DNA of 64,000 nucleotides, taken from contig NIVC01002566.1 in assembly GCA_002269645.1 (NCBI GenBank), positions 97,205-161,204 of the forward strand, in the 5' to 3' direction. The DNA comes from Macrostomum lignano. Taxonomy: Eukaryota. This document shows positions 9,264 through 20,700 of this stretch, in pieces. Every line of letters begins with the position of its first letter. The stretch's first letter is position 1. The translations under genes were made by a program, and so were the position numbers. The notes beneath the pieces are model-generated. The model saw only the letters and a program-made list of their open reading frames with translations. It did not search any database and was not told the origin of the DNA.

Positions 9264-11261
9264 CTAGATTAAGCCTCTATGCTCGCAATCCACTGCTACA
9301 TCACCGTTTCCAATGTCTCCTCGACTGCCGCCGTCTCCAGTCTGCTTCTGGGCATCCCGCTGCTGTTGCTGCTGCTGCTTCTGCAAATGGTCCAATTCTC
9401 TATGTAGAAATGAGCGCAGCCGCTCCAGGTACTGCGGGAACAGTTCGATATCGTTGTGCCCGGCGCCTTCGATCCACAGCGGCTCAACAGCCGGCTGAGG
9501 CAGCCGATCGTGAAGGGCCAGGCCGTGAGCAAAATCAATCACCTCGTCCTCGGTGCCGTGAATGATGAGGCAGGGCGAACGGATTCTGGGCGCCTTCTCG
9601 ATACTGCGGGCCGATTGTGAAAGTTTTAGTTAGTACACGTGCACTTTAATTTCAAGTACTTTAAGTTCATATGTACTTCTAAATAAAAGTACACGCGCAA
9701 TTTTTAAGCCAGAATTTGCACATTGATCTAACAAAAGTACACGGTGAAACGTTATATTGACTATAGCATGTCACTGCTAAGGACAGCGAATTACTGTCTA
9801 AATCTAGGACACCATAACTATAAACTTCGCCCGTACTATTATGAACAAAGAAAGACTACACGCTCGCATATAAGATAGCGAAAGCGGGTTCAGTGAGGCG
9901 CCCCTGATCTTGCCTTCTAAGCCCAGACTGCCCAGTTATTAAGCGGAAAAAGCTGTCTAGCTGGATTATAGGCATAGAGAAGACGGCTAGCAAATATGAT
10001 GAATTTAAAATCACATACAGACTTGCAAAGTGCACTACATACGACTGTTCCAAAAAACTTCAATCCAATAGCAGTCTGATTCAAGCCACACCCCTGAAGC
10101 CACACCCCCTGAACCACATCCCCTGAAGCCACCCCGGGCCTGGGCCACAGCCCTTGAAGCCACAGACGCTGAAGCCACACCCCTGAATCACATCTCCTAA
10201 AGCCACACCCCCTGAACCACATTCCCTGAAGCCACACCCCCTAAACTACATCCCCTAAAGCAACACCCCCTGAAGCCACCCCCGGCCCTGGGCCACAGCC
10301 CTGAAGCTACAGCACCTGAAGCCACAGCCCTTGAAGCCACAGACGCTGAAGCCACATCCCCTAAAGCCACGCCCCTTGAGGCCACATTTCCTGAAGCCAC
10401 ATCTCCTGAAGCCACAGCCCTTGAAGCCACAGACGCTGAAGCCACATCCCCTAAAGCCACGCCCCTTGAGGCCACATTTCCTGAAGCCACATCTCCTGAA
10501 GCCACATCTCCTGAAGCCACATCTCCTAAAGCCACATCCCTTCAAGCCACAGCCCCTGAACAACGGAGAGCAGCTCACTTGGGAAAGGCATCGAAGAACC
10601 ATGTCCGGCTGGTGTCCGGAAAAGCCACCCTCAGTCCGGACAGCAGCGGGCTGTGCAGCACAACTCCTGCAGGGTTGACCCGGGTGGCCAAATCCACAGT
10701 TGGCACTGTGCCAATGGACTGGCCATAGAGTACAATCTCTCCTGGGGACAGATTGTACCTGCCAATCAACTGTTGCCAGGCGCAGTCAATATCGGCGTAC
10801 AGATTCTTCTCGAGCGGCCGGCCAGTGCTGGCCCCGTAGCCTGAGTAGTCGTAGCTGAACACGTTCATATTGATCCGTCTAGCTAGGCCAATTAAAAAGC
10901 TACTAATCTGACCCAAATCCACGGCGTTACCGTGAGAGAAGAGCAGGGTGTATTTTGACCTGGCGTGCGCCCCGGCGCTAACCATCATACAAGCTATTGT
11001 GCTGCCATTCGCTGTGGTGGCCAGAAATGCGTCTAGAAATCGGGATTTATCCTCGTTGGAGAATTGGAACTCGGCTCGGTCGCTCAGGTGCAATTGAAAG
11101 GCAGGCGAGGCAACCCCGTGACGATCTGCTGCCGAGGTAGTTGCGTCAGCGCTGGTCACAAGAGAATAAGTTGGCTCGGGCGGTAGGAAGGCCAATTTAG
11201 CGGCAATGCGGGATGGCAAAGGGGGCCAGCAGAACAGGCAGCACAGATCCGCGCAAGACAT
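9264..11261 (-). CDS. ABHD17: ABHD17-family depalmitoylase, copy 2, 340 aa; exons 11261-10579 and 9603-9264
   Basis: [15 protein letters not shown]-terminal Cys cluster, GQSIG, HGTEDE, GAGHND. Same intron position as copy 1 (AA|gtgagc...gcag|T). Confidence 0.94.
10081..10561. repeat. 16-bp-family minisatellite (gccacatcccctgaa variants) in the ABHD17 copy 2 intron
   Basis: Tandem units; shares unit variants with the copy 1 intron near the donor. Confidence 0.92.
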
Positions 11262-11387
11262 GCTTTGTAGTTAATTCCTTGGCTCCGTATCGTATATATA
11301 ATATTTATCTTTTATCCACTTCTTGCTGCACAACTGAACTGGAATAAAACAGTAAAAATCAGGCCAATTTAAGGTCATGTTTTTCTA

Positions 11388-11562
11388 CATGTGGTGGCGT
11401 CGCCACACACACCCTCAATTACCCCAGCTAATGCTGGCATCCATTTTACAGCTGGGTGAACTGAGCAAGTGTCTTGCTCAAGGACACAAACTTTACCAGT
11501 GGGATTGGGAATTGAAACCCCAACCTTGAACTCTTGAGTCTAATGCCCTAACCACTAGGCAA
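11388..11562 (-). mobile_element. tRNA-derived CORE-SINE, degenerate
   Basis: Minus strand: A-box-like TGCCTAGTGGTTAGGGC, B-box-like GGTTTCAATTCC, then core gtgtccttgagcaagacactt...cagctgtaaaatgg resembling the MIR/CORE domain. Confidence 0.7.
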
Positions 11563-13754
11563 CAATCCTCTCGCTGATACTTATTATCAATATTTGAAGC
11601 TGATAATAATAATAAAATATTAAAAGTCTGTCTAAATTAAATTTGAAACTTTCACCTAATGAATTAGAAATATTTAAGATTTACTAAAGCTATTCATGCA
11701 AAGATTTAGCATACAGTAAATATTTACTTTAAAAAATCATATTACAGGCTTAAGCTTTCTTATTAAACCCAGAATTTACCAAAAAAACTTTAGGTTTTCA
11801 ATTTTTCTAGGTAGTGGATAATTAGATATAATTAGATAAAACTAAGTCCCATATTTGAGTTGCATCATTGGTCACAACTAGGGTTTAACTGTGTTTGCCC
11901 ACTAATTTGAACGGCAGTCAATTGACATGCAAACCAGACTCTAGAAGGTTACAGAAAATTCCAGTGTACAAATGACCCTTTCAAAGTTAGCATACAAATT
12001 TCAGCATACAAATCCCTATTGGAATAAATTCTGAAAAATTGTGAATATATATCAAGGGTCAAAGGGGTGCCAAGGGGTCACTCTCCAATGTACATAGGCT
12101 ATGTCAATGGGTCACTTTAAAAGTCACTCACACAAGTGGTCACAAATAGCATAGTGCCAACTCCTGACTCCTGCCTGGCAGAAAATGTGCCACATTGCAA
12201 GGTCATTTTGAAAATATGCCAGACAGCCATCTGCTATTTAGCAACTTTTTCCAATAGAAATACAAATTCATGCCATGCATTAAGATTTTAATTTAAATTA
12301 ATATTTTATACAAAAAAATAAAAATATGTAACACTATATGTATAACAGTCAATGATGAAATTTTAGCTTTTTTATAATTAACATTAAAAAATAGACCCTA
12401 GTGAAAATTACTGGTAAAAACTTTAATTATACATTATTATTTTTAGAGGTATAAAATTTAATATTTGTTGAAAACAAGAACTTTTACAATATTTTTAGAC
12501 CTTGCTTAGAAAAACCTTTCTTAGGAAACTTAAATTGTAATAACTAAATGGCCTTTTTAGTGAACTTTTGACATGCATTTTAGGAAAATTTTGTTTTTGG
12601 TGTATACTGGCATATATTCCACACTCTGGATCATCCGATTCATGTAGTATATACCCAAAAATGGCCTTGCACACAAAAAGTAGGTGAGCACAGTTGGCAT
12701 GTATAACTGCTAAGAGAATGGAAGGTGTGCACCTTATAGAATCACATGGAAGAGTTATTGTTGAGTGGAAAAAAATATGGAAAAAGTTCATTTTAAGCAT
12801 AAATTTCAAACTTTCCAGTTTTTTAAGCTTGTAATAAGGCATTCAAACAAATATTTGCATGTATCAACTTTTTGTTATAAATAGTATCAGCAAAAAAGCT
12901 AAAATTCAACCAAATTATCAGCCAAAAAGGGTCCCTTATACAATGCTATAAAGGTTCTTTATTGTTTCAACATAAAAATGGTCCTTTATTATTGCAACAT
13001 TGGCATAGATTTGACAGTGAGTATACATTCAAAATGTTTTTATGAGCATTTATAATTATTTAATTTTTGTTTGAACATGCAATTAGCATAATTTAGAATA
13101 TAGCATTCATTTAGCTAAGATAGGATTCTTGTTCCATCATATAGTAGACCCTAGCATGCAAACTCTTATATCAGATTTGTTAGATTACTAATATAATTAC
13201 TTACTTTGTATAATATAATATACAATAATTTGAATAAAGATTGATATAAAGAATAAAATAGATCTCAAAAAATAAATAATACTTTTGACTATAGCTAACT
13301 TTTAAATGCATACCCAAACAAAATTTTAAGAGTTTACAAATGCACAGCACAAAAATGTGGTGCTTTTAAAAAACTGGTGCTTTTTTAGGAAAATCTACTT
13401 GTGAAAAACAAATGACCTTTTGAGGAGGAATTTTTTGTGTACATTTTAGGGAAATTTTTTGTTTTTGGCATATACTAGTATATATTTAACTAAGATGGGA
13501 TTCTTGTTCCAGTGTACACTACTATACAATCTAGACCCTGGCTTGCAAACTTTACTAATGACTAGATAATTACAATACTTTGCAGCATTCTTTCGTTTTA
13601 CAATCCCCTTATATTTGTCCTACAGAACATGGCACTTTTGGTATATGATCCCCTATCTAAAAGACAGGAGTCTTGTTTGCATATCAATGGAGTATATTTG
13701 AAGCACAATTACCCTAATTAATTGTAAGCCACAATTCTTGGCAAGAGTAAGGGC

Positions 13755-14520
13755 ATCTCTATATTCACTTTCATTATACAATCATTCAAATATTGGAAAT
13801 GTATAGAAAGGGATCAGATAACAAAACTTGGGCTTTTCATCAATTTCATAATACAATGCCCCAAGTTCAAAAATTTGTTTGTAGGGGATTGTATACCATG
13901 TCTAAACCCTTGTCTAGGCTACCTGATGGAGATTCCACAAAAGTAAGTCATGATTTTTTGGCATCCCTCCTTTCTCTTTTTTAAACCCCCCTCTCACTTT
14001 TGTTATACGATCTCCGACAGCGTGAAACAATGTTGTCTGTACTGTAAAGGGATCATAAAATGAAAGTGAGGGGGTCAGGTATGGAATTATTAAATAGTAT
14101 ATGAACTATCTTTATTTCATATATAAGTATGATACCTTGATTTCATTTTTGATATACAATCCCCTATAAACAAATTTTAAACTAGGGGGATCATATTATG
14201 AAATTGATGAAAAGCCCAAGTTTTGTTATCTGATCCCTTTCCATACATTTTCTCCATTTAAATGATTGTAAAACGAAAGTGAATATAGAGTGGCTCTTTT
14301 AAAGAGAAACTTGGTTTTTTCAACACATTCTACTCACTAGGCCTAATAAACCCATTAAACTTACGCATTCCCCACCTAATAAATTTCTAACTTGGGGGAT
14401 TGTATTACAAAATTGATGAAAAGCCCAAGTTTTGTTATCCGATCCCTTTGCATACATTTTCTCCATTTAAATGATCATATAACAAAAGTGAATATAGGGA
14501 GATCCCTCTCTTGCCAAGAA
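13755..14520. repeat. Three related ~140-bp units: 13755-13897 inverted relative to 14152-14290 and 14380-14520
   Basis: aagggatcagataacaaaacttgggcttttcatcaatttc and its reverse complement gaaattgatgaaaagcccaagttttgttatctgatccctt; inner IR about 13984-14075. Confidence 0.7.
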
Positions 14521-15807
14521 TCTTGTTGTGGCTTTGTTTGAATGCCTCATTTTGGTTGAATTCCACTTCAAATAGACATCAATTGAAACTGCCTTAATGC
14601 AGTGCCTTTGACTTATGGATACTGTTTCGTCTTCATCTGGTTTCTATTCTTTGACTGCATCTTTTACATGGGGATCAAAAGTGCCTAAGATTCTAGGAAT
14701 AGGCCTAGGGATCATAAAATGAAAGAATGCCTACTTTGCTTGATAACATATAGTATATGCATTAGATAACAATGCACACAAACAAAAACAGAAACCTAGA
14801 GTCTAGACACTTTTTACTTCTGAGACTCCAGCTTCCAGTGAGAGAAGTCATTAATAGATAGGCCTAGAAGCCATCATGTAAGTATTAACTGAATTCAAGT
14901 TTATCTTTTGCATCTGCACAAGTGCACCAAAGGCCTAGGTTCTCATTGGTTCACAATAAATGTATTATGTCAATTGTTAGTGCAAACAAAGGTTACAAAG
15001 GGATTCTAATGAGCATACTATATTTTTGACATACCATTAAACCATATAGAGTATAGACTGACAGTATACATATTGAACATCAAGAAAAAGAATATAATGG
15101 TAATAAAATTAATTCGAAAACTGCAAAATTATATAAAGGAACTAACTAGGCCTGGACCTGCTAAATGCCGTAATTACAACTAGGCCTACAAGACTCAAAA
15201 GGCTAATATTATAACTGAAAACCTGAACAACGCCTTAGGCCCTACTTAAATATTATTATCAGGTGCTTCTCTGTTTTATAAGCATTAATACAAGTTAGGA
15301 AAGTTTTTTTCAGGACAGTCTCCAAGTCAAAAATCAGTCAAGCAGCTCTGAATCTGATATTTGCAGAACCCACCTGGCCTCGAGTCCTCGACGGCGTTGG
15401 TCACTTTTTCTTTCTGTTTCTTGTAATTTCTTAGAATATGTTATTTTTAATCTTTTGCTTAAACATTTAAACAAAAAAGTAATTGAATAACACACATACT
15501 AAATTTAACCACAATATCAATCAATGAATATAATATTTAAAAAAAGGAGTGGATAATATCGAAAAATACGACGCTGTAATACGGGGTACCATCAGGGTCT
15601 GGTCCCTTGAAAGAAGTAACTACTAATAACTGCTGAATAATCTAGCTAAGAAAGCTTGTCCTTGGCTACATGTAAGTTTCTAACTGATTTGTCCACACCA
15701 GTTTTACAGGACAGGTGCCATAAAATGCACAACCTATATTCATAGCTTTAGTCAACTTACTAAGTTACTATTCTTACTAAGTCTTACTAACTTACTAAGT
15801 TACTAAG

Positions 15808-16720
15808 TTTATTCTGGTGCTTGACTGGGTGCTACGGACTGCTCTGCCTTCCAACGACGACGGCTTCCTGCTGCGGCGACGCGTGGGTCGACGCCAACCG
15901 GAGAGACGGCTCAGCGTGCTTGGCTACGCCGATGACCTCGCCCTGCTGTCCTCGACCGTCGAGGGCGCCCAACGACAGCTGGATAGGCTGGTTGCCGTTG
16001 CGGCGAGCGTCGGCCTGGTGGTCAACACGCAGAAGACCGTCGTGCTATGCGTGCCGGACGACACCGAGGCTGCAATCTTCTGCCGAGGCGCTGACGGACA
16101 GGCGAGTGAGCTTCCAAGATGTCAGCAGTTCGTCTACCTCGGCGGTCTGGTTCCCGACGTCCGCGAGGATCTGCGGCGTCGCCGAGGACTTGCTTGGGCT
16201 GCCTTTCGTTCTATAAGGTCAGTCCTGCAGTCCGAGGCCCTACCGGACCGCCAGAGGGCGGCGCTGTTCCAGGCGGTGATCGAGACCGTCCTGTTATACA
16301 ACGCCGAGACCTGGACGCTGACAGACTCGCTCGAGGCTCAAGTCGACGCGGCGCACGCTGGCCTGCTGCGCGCCGCCTTCAAGATCGGCAACGAGCGAGT
16401 CACCAACACGGCGCTCTATCATCGCGCCGGCCTGGCCCGTCCTAGCGATCTGCTGCGCCGTCGGCGACTCCAGCTGGCAGGCCACGTCATCCGCGCCGAG
16501 GCCTACTGTCCGGAGCCGGTGCAGGAGGTGCTGCTACTTACGTTGCAGGCACCCTACCGGCGGGGACAGGCGAAGACTCGGCGCTACGTCGACTGTCTGC
16601 TGGCTGACGCCGGCGCCCCGGACTCTGCCGGCGGTGCGGCTTTTGTTCGCGCCCAAGCTTTGAAGCGCGCCATCTGACGCTGCTTTTGTGAACTGGCAGC
16701 GTACTCTGTTGTTGTTGTTG
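15808..16720 (+). mobile_element. 5'-truncated non-LTR retrotransposon (RTE-clade-like), C-terminal part of the reverse transcriptase
   Basis: Uninterrupted frame FILVLDWV...LGYADDLALL...KT...FVYLG...LLYNAETWTL...AGHVIR to stop at 16677. (GTT)n tail 16707-16720; 10-bp TSD taagttacta (15796-15805, 16721-16730). Confidence 0.9.
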
Positions 16721-17715
16721 TAAGTTACTATGGAAAATCTTGATAGCCATTCAATTGTTAGACTGTCACTGTTTACTTTATAGATACATGTACTTAGTTA
16801 CACAGTAAACTTCAATGACTTAGAATCCGTAATAATACTTGGTAGGATTTAAAAAATGGTTCGAGCCTAGTTTAAGAAATAATACAAACTGAAATAAAGC
16901 AACATTATTTAACGTATTATAATATATTTTTTTAGCACAAACTGGTTAAATTTTATTCATAAAACGAGCATTCATGTACAAATACGGCAGTGATATAAGC
17001 AGAGGGTGACTACCACCAGTAATATTACCTATTATTATTATAATTAAACACTAATTTTAAAACTTTTTGTTTTTAAAAACTAGATACTAAGAAGACGGAA
17101 GAATAATTAGCCAACAACAGCGCCCTATACCTGATCTGAAGAAGTCAGAATGGATGACTTAACACAGATAGGAGTATAGGAGTATTTTTATAATGAGCTG
17201 GATATGGTGTCTTATAATTACAGTAATAACAGCCGCAAACAAACTACTATATGTTTTAGTACTCTGAAATTTGTTTTACACTGAGTGCATATAGATTAAC
17301 AAATACGCTTGTAATAGATTTTATTAACAAATGCACACATAAACGCGAGAACAATGAACTTACAGTAATTATAATATTAAAAACAAACTAATAAAAATAG
17401 AAAGATTTTATTAAAATAAACACATACATTGCAACAACCTTCTTCCAAAACTGGACTTTATAAAGGCCACTCGGCATACTGTGTGCGTGAATTACCTTTA
17501 GTAGTAGTTTAATCATATTAGTCTAAGCCTATTTTAAAACGTCTTTCACAAAAATAGCTCAGCACACACTTAGCATACTACTCAATTGATATAGTAGTTG
17601 ACTCTACGAGTTACTATAAGCTGTATAGCAACTTCTGCGTATTATAAACCAGTCACTTTGACTTAAGCAGCGCTAGCCTGTGTTAAAAGAGTACAATCAA
17701 CAGTTCCAACCAGAA

Positions 17716-20700
17716 TCAGAGACGCCAATACGCAACATTTTCAGCGTGCTCATTAGAGCCCAGATGATCCTCCAATTCTTTCAGGTCGTGCAGAAACAGG
17801 CCGGCATTGCCGCACGAGTCGTAGCACACCGGACAGACAAAAGCCCAGCCATCGTCGCGTCGCGATTGTACAGCCCGATTCAGGCACTGCAGTTGATCGT
17901 TTAGAAACTGTCGCCATCGCAGTACCCAGGCATCCCAACCGGATTTGTTATAATTGGCGTTGGCGCCGTTATCAGCCAATAACTGGCCACCGGCACCGGT
18001 AGCTAACAGTCTACCCTTATTCGCGCCAATATCCTGAATGGCATTGTGCAGCGAATAGATGGAGCAATTGGCAATCTGGTTTGTAGGCGTGCCCATAGTT
18101 ACGCCAAGCCGGCGAGGCCAGCCCCAGTAGTCGGCATTCGGACCGGCTGTCTCGAGTGTTTTCGGCACCAGAGGATAAGCGGTCTTGAAGAATAGCTGAC
18201 GCAATAGACTGCGCAGCATGTTCTGGCGATTGCGCAGGTTAACAAGATCGCATTCCACCAGTTGCAGACTGCTGCTGCCGCCGCTGGTAAAGTGTTTGTG
18301 GGGGGGGGGGTAGCTCAAGTAAATGTGAGATTCACAGACGACCGTTTGGCCCTTAGTGACGAATTCTCGAGGGAAACTTCTTACCCTAGCAGCTTGAGGT
18401 AATTCTGGTCATTCCGCTGACTGCAGCAAACACTCATGCACACGCTCACACAGGGTGTACAACAACCATCAAGGCCAATGTTTAGTCCACACAAGCCCCA
18501 AATAAATGCTGCCTTGCCGCGTATGGAATAGGTATTTAGCAACAAAAAAACAAATATATTTTTAAATAAAATACTACTGCATGTAGCTTTTGACCCTGTA
18601 GTCAAGTGCTACATTGTTCATTATTTAAGGAAAATGATGTTCAAAGCAAAAAAGAATCCACCTTCAGAGCCCAAGATATCACATTCATCCTCTATGAGCT
18701 TTGGCATCGAAGCATCTAAGCGTCTCTTATGAGCCACAGCATTTCAGCGATCCCCCCACGAGCCTTGACATCTTAGCAATTCCACCTATGAGCCTTGACA
18801 TTTTAGAAATTCCCCCCCCCCCATGAGCCTTGACATCTTAGCCATTCCCCCCCACAAGACTTGACATCTTAGCAATTCTCCCATGAGACTTGACATTTTA
18901 GAAATTCCCCCCCATGAGCCTTGACATCTTAGCCATTCCCCCCCCCACAAGACTTGACATCTTAGCAATTCCACCTCTGAGCCTTGACATCTTAGCAATT
19001 CCCCCATGAGCCTTGACATCTTAGCCATTCCCCCCACAAGACTTGAAATCTTAGCAATTCCCCCCCACAAGACTTGACATCTTAGCCATTCCCCCCACAA
19101 GACTTGAAATCTTAGCAATTCCCCCTATGAGCCTTGACATCTTAGCCATTCCCCCCACAAGACTTGACATCTTAGCAATTCCACCTATGAGCCTTGACAT
19201 CTTAGCAATTCCCCCATGAGCCCTGACATCTTAGCAATTCCCCCTATGAGCCTTGACATCTTAGCCATTCCCCCCACAAGACTTGAAATCTTAGCAATTC
19301 CCCCTATGAGCCTTGACATCTTAGCAATTCCCCCATGAGCCTTGACATCTTAGCAATTCCCCCTATGAGCCTTGACATCTTAGCAATTCCCCCATGAGCC
19401 TTGACATCTTAGCAATTCCCCCATGAGCCTTGACATCTTAGCCATTCCCCCCACAAGACTTGAAATCTTAGCAATTCCCCCCCCACAAGACTTGACATCT
19501 TAGCCATTCCCCCCACAAGACTTGAAATCTTAGCAATTACACCTATAAGCCTTGACATCTTAGCAATTCCAACTATGAGCCTTGACATCTTAGCAATTCC
19601 ACCTATGAGCCTTGACATCTTAGCAATTCCAACTATGAGCCTTGACATCTTAGCAATTCCACCTATGAGCCTTGACATCTTAGCAATTCCAACTATGAGC
19701 CTTGACATCTTAGCAATTCCACCTATGAGCCTTGACATTTTAGAAATCCCCCCATGAGCCTTGACATCTTAGCAATTCCCCCCATGAGCCTTGAGATCTT
19801 AGCCAATCCCCACGAGACACGAGTCTTGTGCTTAAATTGCTCATCACATACCTAAATAATATTTAATTATGTTTTTGACATCAGTAGCACAAAGTATCTG
19901 CAGAGCAACTGACTCACCGATCGCCAAGCATAAAATTAGCCTGCATTCGAATTTGATTAACTCGAACTAAATCAGAATTGTCCAACAGCACATCCGGCTG
20001 TACTAATAAATCGTGCGCCGGATCAACTGGCTGGCCATCGATAGCGCCCATGCCGCACAGGAAGCCGGTGTAGTGCGTGAGGCCATGCGGATTGCACCGC
20101 GGCTCCATCTGGGGCGCGAACAGCAGGCACAGCAGCGCAGGCAGGCCCGGTATATGGGGAAACAGAGTCGTATGACTCAGCAATAATCGATTCTGATTCT
20201 TCGAATCGAGCATCACAGAGCCGGCAATGAGCAGCCGGTCTGTTGGATTCTGCGGCTCGGGATCGATGGCAACAGAATTGACGGAATCCGCATCCAGACC
20301 GATCTGTTTCCGCCTGTAACTGTTGCATAGGCCGCGAAATTTAATCTCAAACGGATGGCTAGGGCCGCGCGGCGTGAAATAGCCCCGGCCGAATACTGGC
20401 GCCCCGGCGGTCAGCTCGAAATTTCGAACTAGCACGTCGAGTTCCGACCGATCGAATAGCCGACCGTAACTGCCATTGCCGCCAGAGGTGGAGGCGGCGG
20501 AATTAGTGTTGCCATGGCTGGTTGTGAATGTCCGCCTACGATGGCTATTATCACGACGGGACTCGTAGCATTCCGTGGCGGATTCGGCCAGCGACAGGTC
20601 GAAGCCGTCCTGTATACGGGGCGCACCGATTCGGCGAAGTATTTCGGACAGAGTGGCCGACGCCCAGTCCGGCATGTTGCGGCAGGCCGAGCCCTGTAGA

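Noticed and set aside
11900-13700. Short similarities among 12.6 kb, 13.1/13.5 kb, 28.3 kb and 29.8 kb
   Set aside because: Fragments of old AT-rich repeats with no definable ends or coding remnant.
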